Virus record (IMG/VR): IMGVR_UViG_3300042308_001603
Length of the DNA: 55,951 nucleotides
Strand: one strand, 5' to 3'
Source: an uncultured virus (IMG/VR IMGVR_UViG_3300042308_001603)
Lineage: Duplodnaviria; Heunggongvirae; Uroviricota; Caudoviricetes
Numbering within the stretch: position 1 is the first letter of the stretch; each line of letters starts with the position of its first letter. Of the stretch, positions 38,799 through 47,424 are shown one piece after another. A model generated the notes under the pieces. That model was given only the letters and a program-made list of their open reading frames with translations. It was not told the origin of the DNA and made no database searches. The translations under genes were made by a program, and so were the position numbers.

Positions 38799-39241
38799 AT
38801 AAATTTTATCATCTTAAATATGTATCCTGGAGTATTATCTTGGAGGTATTGTTTCCAATATTTAAGTGCTACTAATTCTAGAGTGCCTGATCCTGTTAAT
38901 CTACCTTCTATATCTGTTATATCACCAGATGTAGTTACCCATTCTTTTTCATGTTCTAAAAATTCTCCAGGTGCACCTTGGAATGTAAATGGTTTTACAG
39001 GTGGTAAACTATTTGTTTCAAAAGCCATTCGAAACCCTATTTCTTGGTTTGAATCTGGAAATTCTTGAAATGACCATAAATCCTGGTCTTCTGTAAATGA
39101 GATTTGGTTAAATTTAGGATGGGCTTTTAGCCGGTCAGAATTTAATATTTTTACAAAATTTTCAGGAGTTGTAAAATGATATAATACATCTGGAGGAGAT
39201 GGTTGGTTTATTTCTTTTAATATGTCTATTAATTTTATCAT
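38795..39241 (-). CDS. ADP-ribosyltransferase-fold-like protein with cargo leader
   Basis: MIKLIDILKE leader; LYHFT...IL....L, ISFT, EKEW. Confidence 0.5.
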   Translation of the reverse strand: MIKLIDILKEINQPSPPDVLYHFTTPENFVKILNSDRLKAHPKFNQISFTEDQDLWSFQEFPDSNQEIGFRMAFETNSLPPVKPFTFQGAPGEFLEHEKEWVTTSGDITDIEGRLTGSGTLELVALKYWKQYLQDNTPGYIFKMIKFI

Positions 39242-39675
39242 TCTCCTTTACGTTCTTGCCATTCATAAGATATAGTATTTTTAACTATAGGGCCACCTTT
39301 TGCCCATGTTCTACAAGTACGAGCTGAATGGCATTTGAAACTATGCATCCAACAATATCCTAATCTACCATCATCGTCTGATAGAGGACCAGGCATGCAA
39401 TCTTCTATTCTTGGTGATATATCAAATGCTGCACAATTACCACATAAAGATTGTTGAGCTGCTTTAACTGTTGTATCCCAATGTCCTGCTAACTCTTCCC
39501 AAAAATCTCCAGGTTCATTAACATTTAAAGGACCATATTTAATATAATCTGCTTTAATAGATAAGTCTCTATTTTTAGTATTTAGTTCTAGGTTTTGAGT
39601 AGGTAAAGGGCAAGCCATTAAAGCTTCATATAGTTTACCTTCAGCTAAATATTTTTTTAAATCGAAATTGCTCAT
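39238..39675 (-). CDS. Cys/His-rich metal-binding protein
   Basis: CGNC...GYC....FKC....TC..W pattern; MSNFDLKKYLAE leader. Confidence 0.65.
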   Translation of the reverse strand: MSNFDLKKYLAEGKLYEALMACPLPTQNLELNTKNRDLSIKADYIKYGPLNVNEPGDFWEELAGHWDTTVKAAQQSLCGNCAAFDISPRIEDCMPGPLSDDDGRLGYCWMHSFKCHSARTCRTWAKGGPIVKNTISYEWQERKGE

Positions 39676-39676
39676 T

Positions 39677-39994
39677 TTATTTTTCTCTTATTAATAGTTC
39701 ACCTAATACCTCTAAACGACCAACTTCTCTTTGAAATTCAGTTTGGGTCATATCTAATGATATTTTTTTATATGTTTCGTTAAATTCTTTTTTAGCAGCT
39801 TCTTTATCAAATTTACCATTTATTGCTTTTTTATAATAAGATGGTTTTACGTTAAAGTGAGTGTATGTTAGTAAAGCATCTCCACCTTTTTCTTTAGCAT
39901 TAGCTATAATTTTTTCAGCACCTGCTAAACGGTTTTTAGCAAATTGTTCAAAGCTTTCTTTAGCTTCAGTTAGTAGTTGAAGTAATTTAATCAT
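39677..39994 (-). CDS. Hypothetical protein with cargo leader
   Basis: Likely start MIKLLQLLTE at 39994 (ATGA overlap with upstream stop). Confidence 0.65.
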   Translation of the reverse strand: MIKLLQLLTEAKESFEQFAKNRLAGAEKIIANAKEKGGDALLTYTHFNVKPSYYKKAINGKFDKEAAKKEFNETYKKISLDMTQTEFQREVGRLEVLGELLIREK

Positions 39995-40383
39995 TTTGTT
40001 TTTCCCCATTTTTTACCTTTACCAGGTGTTTTACATTGTGCTGCTGTGGGGCGACATGAAGGATATTTTGCACGTTTTTCTCCTTTTTCCCTACCACATG
40101 CTTTACATTTTGTTTTACCGTCTACTTCACGGCAAGTATTACAATCTACCCATCCACCTTTTTTACCAGGTTCACCTTTACGTGAAAACCAAGTACGAAG
40201 AGTTTCTTTGGTTTTTTCTTTGATTAATTCTTCTTCTTTTAAATCTTTCCAAATATTACCTTTACGACACCTAACAATAGCACCTGATTTGTAAGCAGAT
40301 GGTTTATCGTATTTACGATCAGCAATTCGTTTACAACGATCTTCAAGAAGCATTTGTTTTAATAAATTTATTAGTTTAATCAT
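39991..40383 (-). CDS. Basic Cys-rich protein with cargo leader
   Basis: MIKLINLL..MLLE; PSAY.SG.IV.CR and LRTWF...GWVDC...CGR...YPSCRP motifs. Confidence 0.7.
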   Translation of the reverse strand: MIKLINLLKQMLLEDRCKRIADRKYDKPSAYKSGAIVRCRKGNIWKDLKEEELIKEKTKETLRTWFSRKGEPGKKGGWVDCNTCREVDGKTKCKACGREKGEKRAKYPSCRPTAAQCKTPGKGKKWGKTK

Positions 40384-41210
40384 ACTAATTTTCTAAATAA
40401 TCGTTTAATAAATTGGTCGTAAATTTCAGGAGTTTGAAGATATATTTTAATTATATTTATTTCTCTACCAAAATCACTTAATACTTTTGGACTAATTTCA
40501 TCTGGTAAGTTTTGAGGATCGAAGTCTTCTGTAGTAAATAGATATGGAATTAAATCATATTTAGGCATATTGATTAGTTCTACAGGTGTTTTACCGTTTT
40601 TTAACTCAACTAAAAACCTATCTAGTAATCCAACATATGCTCTTTTACTTTTAAATTTATTTAAATTATCACTAATAGTATTAATTAGTGGTCCCATTAC
40701 TGTTTGACGCTCTATATTTGAACTAAAATACTTTTTATAGTGTCTTGGTTTTAATTTGTCTAGGCTTGTAGGAATACTTTTTAATTTATTTAATTCTTTT
40801 TTATATGCTTTTTCGTTTTCTATGAAGTAATCTAAAGCATGAATTAATTCATGTTCTATTGTTCTTTTAAAATCACCTTGAGTTGGAGGAGTAGTTCTTA
40901 AATTTATGTAAATAGTATTAGTATATTTATCGTATTTCCCTAATGCTGCAGTTTCATCATTATGAAAAAGTAATACATCTACTTTAATTGGAGTACCAAG
41001 AACCGTAGTTAAGTTAAAATATATTTTTTCACCATTTATTTTAGGAAGATCAATAGATTTTTTATCAGCTATTTTATCTATTATTTTTTTATAATTATTA
41101 CCTTTATTAAGGTAATTATAAATTATATCAGATTTATCTAGTTCTTGTCTAGGAATATCTATGATTCCATACTCATTAAGAATATTTTCTAGTATCTGAA
41201 TAAGTTTCAT
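40380..41210 (-). CDS. HExxH zincin metallopeptidase-like protein with cargo leader
   Basis: MKLIQILENILNE; G.Y......IYI, HELIH, Y.....E. Confidence 0.7.
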   Translation of the reverse strand: MKLIQILENILNEYGIIDIPRQELDKSDIIYNYLNKGNNYKKIIDKIADKKSIDLPKINGEKIYFNLTTVLGTPIKVDVLLFHNDETAALGKYDKYTNTIYINLRTTPPTQGDFKRTIEHELIHALDYFIENEKAYKKELNKLKSIPTSLDKLKPRHYKKYFSSNIERQTVMGPLINTISDNLNKFKSKRAYVGLLDRFLVELKNGKTPVELINMPKYDLIPYLFTTEDFDPQNLPDEISPKVLSDFGREINIIKIYLQTPEIYDQFIKRLFRKLV

Positions 41211-41581
41211 TATATGCCTATATTAATCATTTGTGGATTATCAACTCTAAATTTAACTACACCTTTAATTCTACCAACATTTGCAATTATTGTTTTAATA
41301 GTTTCTATATCAAAAGTACCGTTTTTTAAATACGGATATGGATCTATCTTAATAGTTAATCTATTATATGAACGGTCGGGTTTAGGTAAACGTGGAGTAT
41401 ATTCTTGGGCGTCCACTGTAGTGATACCTGTTATTGAACGGATATCTGAAAGTACTTGGGTTTGGGTTTTCTTGTTGTTGTCTGTAACAAGTAAACCTTC
41501 AGCTTTATATAATTTTTCTTCAGAGCCTTCACGTAATGCTTTACGTACTTCTTCTCTAATTATTTTTTTAAGTTTATCCAT
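41210..41581 (-). CDS. Hypothetical protein (ferredoxin/ACT-like fold)
   Basis: KLKKIIREE..KALRE leader; DIRSITGITTV and GRIKGVVKF repeats. Confidence 0.6.
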   Translation of the reverse strand: MDKLKKIIREEVRKALREGSEEKLYKAEGLLVTDNNKKTQTQVLSDIRSITGITTVDAQEYTPRLPKPDRSYNRLTIKIDPYPYLKNGTFDIETIKTIIANVGRIKGVVKFRVDNPQMINIGI

Positions 41582-41946
41582 TATTTTAAATACTTTAACT
41601 TGTATAATGTAGATTGAATTAACTCATTAACATTATCAATTTGATTTTGTAAATATGAGTCAGGAATATCTTGACGTAACATCTCTACAGTAGTATTCAA
41701 TGCCATAAAATATTCTTGAATACCTTCACAGCTTTGATACTGCATTAAACTAAAATTTGTATAATTCATTATAACACCATATTTGCCTTGATATGATTCA
41801 ACTAAACCATCTATGATGTCTACAATTTCATTATAATATTTATTTAATGCTTTGTGAGCAGCAAATGAAGGGGTTTGTAAATGATATACATGAGCCTGTG
41901 TTCTTGAATGCATCAAGTAAGAGATAAGTTTTGCAAAATTTTCCAT
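41581..41946 (-). CDS. Dps/ferritin-like four-helix protein
   Basis: H..H.QT.SFAAHKAL..YY......D.LVE.YQG and LYKL motifs. Confidence 0.75.
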   Translation of the reverse strand: MENFAKLISYLMHSRTQAHVYHLQTPSFAAHKALNKYYNEIVDIIDGLVESYQGKYGVIMNYTNFSLMQYQSCEGIQEYFMALNTTVEMLRQDIPDSYLQNQIDNVNELIQSTLYKLKYLK

Positions 41947-41966
41947 GTTTTATATTTTATTAATTT

Positions 41967-42842
41967 TTACCAAAAACCACTAAAGTTCTTTGAACCCCCT
42001 AATGATTTCCAATAGCGACCAATTCTACATGACCAATACGATGCTTTTGTTTTGTCTGTTTTTTGAGCACATTTGTGACGAGCAGCAAATGCTTGACGTG
42101 CTTTTGGATTATTAATTTTAGTAGATAATCCTGTTGTATCACCAAAACTAACTTTTTTAATTTTTTTAGTTTTTGGATTACGTACATATACGTAAAATTT
42201 CTTTGAACCACCACGTTTTGGTTTATTTAAAGCAGGTGTTTTTTTCTTAATTGCTTCGTTAAGAGATGGTTTCATGTATTTATCAAACACATTGTAGTTT
42301 TTCAAAATCATATTTACACCTTCAAGATCATTATCATAAAGTGCTTGTTGTACTTCATAATATAAATCTCCTTTACCTTCATTTGTTTCTATATCGTCTA
42401 ATAAATTTTGGTAAGGCAACATAAAAACACCTGGGATTAAGTCGATATCTAATTTACTACCTAATTCATTTTCTAACATAGGCATATCTAAAGGTACTTT
42501 TTGACCTTCATACATTCCATAATCACCTAAATTAGTTTCAATGATAATTTCTTTATCATCATCATTTACATGAATAGCATTACGAGAATATAAATAACGA
42601 GCTTCAGCCCATAAATCTAAAAATGCTTGTGAACCGTAACGAAATGTATTTTCAGTAATTGCTAATTTATTTTTAACATGATATTTCATGTTTTCAGTCA
42701 TTAATATACGAGCACCTAAATTTTCATTAAGTACAGGACCTTTATTACCTACATTTTCACATGAATGGCAACCACAGTTGCATGATTCTTTTTTGGGGGG
42801 TGTAGATAATACTTCTTTTATAAGGCGTTTAATTTTATCCAT
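41967..42842 (-). CDS. Modular putative internal protein with basic C-terminal domain
   Basis: LNE/LE sites; C-terminal KKFYVYV...KKVSFG...FAARHKC...YWSCR. Confidence 0.7.
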   Translation of the reverse strand: MDKIKRLIKEVLSTPPKKESCNCGCHSCENVGNKGPVLNENLGARILMTENMKYHVKNKLAITENTFRYGSQAFLDLWAEARYLYSRNAIHVNDDDKEIIIETNLGDYGMYEGQKVPLDMPMLENELGSKLDIDLIPGVFMLPYQNLLDDIETNEGKGDLYYEVQQALYDNDLEGVNMILKNYNVFDKYMKPSLNEAIKKKTPALNKPKRGGSKKFYVYVRNPKTKKIKKVSFGDTTGLSTKINNPKARQAFAARHKCAQKTDKTKASYWSCRIGRYWKSLGGSKNFSGFW

Positions 42843-42853
42843 GATTATAAATA

Positions 42854-43867
42854 TTAAATTTCTTGAGCAGATGAATAATATTTCTTCGGATAAAAACCAA
42901 ATCTAGCATTTTTAATATTTTGTTGGTTCATACCAGTTCTAAATGTTACATACATATATGGTTCATAGTCACCTGATGGTACTTCTGGGTAGGTAAATTG
43001 TACTGGGCTAGTGAGAACAAAGACATTTGCTTTTTTATCTAAAGTAATATTTCCAAAATATATTGAATGTACTTTATCTAGTCCAAAACTACTACCACGA
43101 CCATAAGCTGCTAGTAATTTTAATTCATCACTTTTTATAGGACGTCTGTAGTTCTGTTTAGATTGAAGAACCCCATTTGAAAGTTCATTAACTTTTTTAA
43201 CAAAATCTTGAACCTCAGGATCATCTTTAATATTAAATATTCCTGAGTATTGTTGAGAGGCTTTAAGATCTTTATGTTGGATGTATAAATTTTTATCTCC
43301 TATAAATTCAAAATCGGCTTGTTTATTGCCTGGTATTTTGTTTACTTTAGTGATATTTGGGTATAAATTATCTCCTACTAAAATATCTATACTTCCTCCA
43401 TTTTCAGCAATAACATTATTAAGATTATTCAATTCATAATCTTCAATTTCTTTTCCTCTAGTTTCGGTTCCTAATATAATTGTTACTTCTTGTCCTTCAA
43501 TAGGAAATTTAAATGCAAAATTTTTACTACTTAGATTGCCTTCCATTTTTGGAGGTAAAGTTTTAATGTTTTCAGCATCAATATCAAAAATGTTTGATAC
43601 AATATCTATAAAATCATCATTACTTATATTGTCTATATTTTTTATTCTTTGTGGTCGAGAATGTTTTTCTAATTTTCCTTTAGCTTCAGGAGAATTCAAA
43701 ATAGTATTAATTATTTCACTATATGATTTTGTTTCTTCAGTTAAATTAACTCCCATGTTTTCTAATAAATCAGCTAAAATATTGATATCATGTTCATTAT
43801 TCATGTCAGGATATCCTTTAGGAAATTTGTATGCGTATTTTTTAAAAAATAGATCTAGTGCGTCCAT
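42854..43867 (-). CDS. PD-(D/E)xK restriction-endonuclease-like protein
   Basis: E...PGNKQADF......IQHK...QQYSG; N-terminal FPKGYPD leader followed by LTE. Confidence 0.55.
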   Translation of the reverse strand: MDALDLFFKKYAYKFPKGYPDMNNEHDINILADLLENMGVNLTEETKSYSEIINTILNSPEAKGKLEKHSRPQRIKNIDNISNDDFIDIVSNIFDIDAENIKTLPPKMEGNLSSKNFAFKFPIEGQEVTIILGTETRGKEIEDYELNNLNNVIAENGGSIDILVGDNLYPNITKVNKIPGNKQADFEFIGDKNLYIQHKDLKASQQYSGIFNIKDDPEVQDFVKKVNELSNGVLQSKQNYRRPIKSDELKLLAAYGRGSSFGLDKVHSIYFGNITLDKKANVFVLTSPVQFTYPEVPSGDYEPYMYVTFRTGMNQQNIKNARFGFYPKKYYSSAQEI

Positions 43868-44355
43868 TATGCTGGTGGTGTTTCTTCTACTGGTGTTTCA
43901 GGTGCTGCTACTTCTGGAGCTGGTGTTTCGGCTGGTGTTTCTTCTTTAGGAAGTGCTTTAGTACCATACGATAAAATTCTAGCTATAGATTCAATACAAT
44001 TTTGTTCTTCACTTAAATTTAATAAGTAATATTTTTTACCTTCTACTTTACCAATCCATGTTCTATCAGTATAAATCAAATAAAATGTTTGATCGTTTGC
44101 TAATACAATACGAAATGTAGTAGGACGTGGTGCTACCCATTCAATATCTTTTAAGAACAAATCGTATTGATCTGTTAATAATTTAATTATAGTATCTTTA
44201 AGTGTAGGAAATTTAGCTAAAACAGGATATTTTTCATTTTCTAAAGATATAGGAGATGGATTATCCAAATCAACTTCATTAGATGATTTACTATACACTT
44301 TTTTAACTATTGCTTTTATTCTATCTCTTAATTCGTCTTTAGTCATTTTATTCAA
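43867..44355 (-). CDS. Hypothetical protein
   Basis: WVAPRPTTFRIVL core; Pro/Glu-rich tail. Confidence 0.7.
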   Translation of the reverse strand: MNKMTKDELRDRIKAIVKKVYSKSSNEVDLDNPSPISLENEKYPVLAKFPTLKDTIIKLLTDQYDLFLKDIEWVAPRPTTFRIVLANDQTFYLIYTDRTWIGKVEGKKYYLLNLSEEQNCIESIARILSYGTKALPKEETPAETPAPEVAAPETPVEETPPA

Positions 44356-44809
44356 TTTCTAAGTCAGGTGATATAATGCTATCGTAATCAGTCATGTCAA
44401 GAACTCTATCGTTCTGAGATAATATGGTTAAGTTTTCAGCAACGGAATGTAAATCCATATCTGTTTGTGCATCTTCTTTAGCATATTCTAATAAACGAAT
44501 TAATAATGGAACATCCAGTTTAATTACATCTATTGGATTTTTTTCTTTATCTTTAATAGGCTTACGTGTTTGTACAAATTCTGCTGAGTTAATTTCCTCA
44601 ACAGGGCCCTTAGTAAGGGCAGATTTAATCATTTCTTTGATTTTTTGTTTTTGTTCTTTTTCTACCATATTTTTAGCTAGTTTAATAGCACGACCACGCA
44701 TTACTTTTGGTGCTTCAGCACCATATCTTCTAATAAGGGCGGACTTATTTTTCATGTATTGGTTATACAATTCGTCCGCCTTTTTTATTACCTCATTAGA
44801 AAGTGCCAT
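44348..44809 (-). CDS. Hypothetical putative internal protein
   Basis: RYG..A..VM.GRA module and DVPLLIRLLEYAKED module. Confidence 0.65.
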   Translation of the reverse strand: MALSNEVIKKADELYNQYMKNKSALIRRYGAEAPKVMRGRAIKLAKNMVEKEQKQKIKEMIKSALTKGPVEEINSAEFVQTRKPIKDKEKNPIDVIKLDVPLLIRLLEYAKEDAQTDMDLHSVAENLTILSQNDRVLDMTDYDSIISPDLEIE

Positions 44810-44810
44810 T

Positions 44811-44984
44811 TTATTTTACTTTTGCTTCAGCAACAGATGCTTTGTTGTAAGCGGAAATAAGTTTTTTTAATTCACTTAATGCTTTACGAGCTCTACCTTT
44901 TGCTGCTTTTGTTGTTTCTTCGTGATTAGTTTTTGCTGTTTCATACAACCCACTAATTTGTTCAAATAGTTCTTGACTGTTCAT
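44811..44984 (-). CDS. Histone H1-like (Hc1-family) small basic protein, 57 aa
   Basis: Not in ORF track. MNSQELFEQISGLYETAKTNHEETTKAAKGRARKALSELKKLISAYNKASVAEAKVK; KAA..RARK...EL.K motif. Confidence 0.75.
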   Translation of the reverse strand: MNSQELFEQISGLYETAKTNHEETTKAAKGRARKALSELKKLISAYNKASVAEAKVK

Positions 44985-45033
44985 TTTATTTTTGTTTTTA
45001 TTGGTTTATAACTGTTAATTTATTATTTAATTA

Positions 45034-45591
45034 CTATATATCAATTATTCTTCCGCCTATTTTAATATATCGATTATGTTCATCATCTACCCAAATGTCA
45101 TACATTTTACCGCGATAAGAATATTTTTCTCCAGTATTGTATTCTTCTGATTCATTTAAATCTTCAGCAATACCTGGTTGTTGTCCACTACCCAACACTT
45201 GAGTGTTGATAAACATTTTAATTGTATTGCTGATTTGGTTTATTGTTTTTTCTTTATCTTCGTTGTCAGGTAATTGTTGTGCTTTTTCAAATGCATCTTG
45301 TAATAGATTTTGAATATCTCTTATTACATTACCACCAGAAGTTGGTTCAGCAGGAGCAGCACCCATTGATGGTTCAGTAGGTACTTCAGCAGCTGGTTCA
45401 GCAGCAATATCAATATCTACATCTTCTTGTGGAGCTACATTTTCAGGTTTTGATTTTTTCTTTTTCTTAGCTTCGTCCAAAACCATTTCTCTAATTTTTT
45501 CTTTTAAAGCTGATTTGGTCATTTGTGCCGACTCATTGATAAGTACTTTACCAAAAGCCAATTTTTGCATATCTTCAAATTGTTTGCTCAT
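45034..45591 (-). CDS. Putative internal head protein
   Basis: FEDMQKLAFG..LINE leader, LKEKIREMVLDE helix; ATATTTAT motif upstream. Confidence 0.6.
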   Translation of the reverse strand: MSKQFEDMQKLAFGKVLINESAQMTKSALKEKIREMVLDEAKKKKKSKPENVAPQEDVDIDIAAEPAAEVPTEPSMGAAPAEPTSGGNVIRDIQNLLQDAFEKAQQLPDNEDKEKTINQISNTIKMFINTQVLGSGQQPGIAEDLNESEEYNTGEKYSYRGKMYDIWVDDEHNRYIKIGGRIIDI

Positions 45592-45631
45592 TGTTGTATT
45601 TTATTATAAATATATAAATTTTAATTAAGTA

Positions 45632-46249
45632 TTATTTTTTGTCATGTAAGTAATCAGTAAGTATGGTACCTATTGCGCCTACTTTTTGTCTTAGCAATAT
45701 CCATTCCTCTAATGATAAATCATGTTCATTTTTGTAATACGATATTGTTAATGCTCCTATAAAATCATCATTTAAGTTTTTTATAGCTAACATATAAAAT
45801 GATTTAGTTTTGTAATTTTTATTTTCAACTGGGAATAAACCACATTCAGAATGATGGAATTTAGTGGAAGGTATATTAATTTCACTATCTTTGTATAGTG
45901 TTGAAAATATTTTAGGAAATAAAGATACAGGAATATTTTGAAAAATTTCTTTTATTGATACAGCGTGATCTGTGGTTTGCTCATAGAATATACTGAATTT
46001 TTTTATTGATTTACCTGTTGGATAAAAATGACCACCATTATGGAATTGCGAAATACATATGCGATCACATTTTAGTTCTTCCACAATTAATTCAAGTTGA
46101 TGATCTATCTTTTCATCAGTATTAATTGATTCACCTAAAATATCGGAACGTTTCTTAGTAAGAAATTTAACTTTAGTCCACTCAACGAGTATTGGGCCTA
46201 ATATAGCAGTTATAAGTGCTGTGATAACTGTTATAGTTAATGAATTCAT
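45632..46249 (-). CDS. Holin-like protein (single TM plus GAF-like domain, T4 T-type)
   Basis: N-terminal TM helix; DRI.I.QFHNGG and IGAL.I.Y GAF-like pattern. Confidence 0.55.
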   Translation of the reverse strand: MNSLTITVITALITAILGPILVEWTKVKFLTKKRSDILGESINTDEKIDHQLELIVEELKCDRICISQFHNGGHFYPTGKSIKKFSIFYEQTTDHAVSIKEIFQNIPVSLFPKIFSTLYKDSEINIPSTKFHHSECGLFPVENKNYKTKSFYMLAIKNLNDDFIGALTISYYKNEHDLSLEEWILLRQKVGAIGTILTDYLHDKK

Positions 46250-46257
46250 AGTACTAT

Positions 46258-46827
46258 TTATTTTTTTAAGGTTTGTAAATATTTAATTGTTTCTTCTTTA
46301 CTTTCTAATAATTTTTTCTTTGTTGATCCTACCCATTTTTCTATATCTCCGGCTTCAGTAATAAAACTTTCATTTGAACCATTAATTGCTTCGTCTATCC
46401 ACGTACTATAATCTTTAATTAAACAATCTAAATCTGTATTTATAATGTTTGTTTCATATGCTTCCCACAAACCCATTTTACGTAATTCAGTTTCAAATTC
46501 AATTTGACAATTAAAACATCTACTATACTGGATGTAAAATAGCTTATCATATTTATGTTTCATTAAATTAGAGCAGCAAGAACAAAATAATGGCATAACC
46601 ACTAATTTTTTGGCTTTATCTAATTTAGTAATATTTTGTTTAATACCATTTTTGATGGTCCAATTACGACCATCTTCTTCCCACACATCTCCCTCATTAT
46701 GAAATTCTTGTTGTTTTGAATAACCTATACCAGCAGTAGTTTTTTCACCTTGTTTACCTGTCATTAGGTTACGAAGGCGTTGAACGTCTGCTTGTTTAAA
46801 ATCTTTTTTTAAAACTGATTCTTTCAT
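46258..46827 (-). CDS. Zn-finger hypothetical protein
   Basis: EGDVWEE..R.WTIKNG; CxxC...CxxC. Confidence 0.65.
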   Translation of the reverse strand: MKESVLKKDFKQADVQRLRNLMTGKQGEKTTAGIGYSKQQEFHNEGDVWEEDGRNWTIKNGIKQNITKLDKAKKLVVMPLFCSCCSNLMKHKYDKLFYIQYSRCFNCQIEFETELRKMGLWEAYETNIINTDLDCLIKDYSTWIDEAINGSNESFITEAGDIEKWVGSTKKKLLESKEETIKYLQTLKK

Positions 46828-47424
46828 TTATTTTTTATTGAATAACTTATTAATATGTTCTTTTATAGTGTTACGTAATTTGGATTCGTCTAGTTTTTCT
46901 GTTTTCTTCAATATATAATCTTTAGCAGTTAAACCAACATTGCCTAATACTTTTTTAATATCTAATTCATCCTTTAAAGGGAATTTTATTGTATTGTCGT
47001 CTATTTTGTTTGGAGATAAAACTAATTCATCAGATGAAGTTAAATATAAATCAATAATTTCTCCGTTTGATTTAGTTCTAGCAGGAAATCCATTTGATTG
47101 AATTGCAGCGAATGTTTTACCTGTTTTTTCTTCTACTTCTTTATAAAAAGGTTTTTCACCTTGACTAACCATCAATTCAGCATTTTTCTTTTTATTGGCT
47201 GGGATGTTTGGGAAACCAAATATTTTAGTTTCTAATTCTTTTTTATCGCCTGATTTTTTAACAAATGTTTTTCCAAAGTTTTTAGGGTCCTTTAACATTT
47301 TAAGGATATCATCTGCTTTATAATCACCCTTAACTGTTAATGTTAACTCGTTTTTTCTAGTTAAACTACCAGACCCACCTGTTTCTTCGTTTTCTTTTAT
47401 TGTTAATTTATATTTATATTTCAT
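46828..47424 (-). CDS. Hypothetical putative internal protein
   Basis: IKE near N-terminus; C-terminal LDESKLRNTIKEHI helix. Confidence 0.55.
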   Translation of the reverse strand: MKYKYKLTIKENEETGGSGSLTRKNELTLTVKGDYKADDILKMLKDPKNFGKTFVKKSGDKKELETKIFGFPNIPANKKKNAELMVSQGEKPFYKEVEEKTGKTFAAIQSNGFPARTKSNGEIIDLYLTSSDELVLSPNKIDDNTIKFPLKDELDIKKVLGNVGLTAKDYILKKTEKLDESKLRNTIKEHINKLFNKK

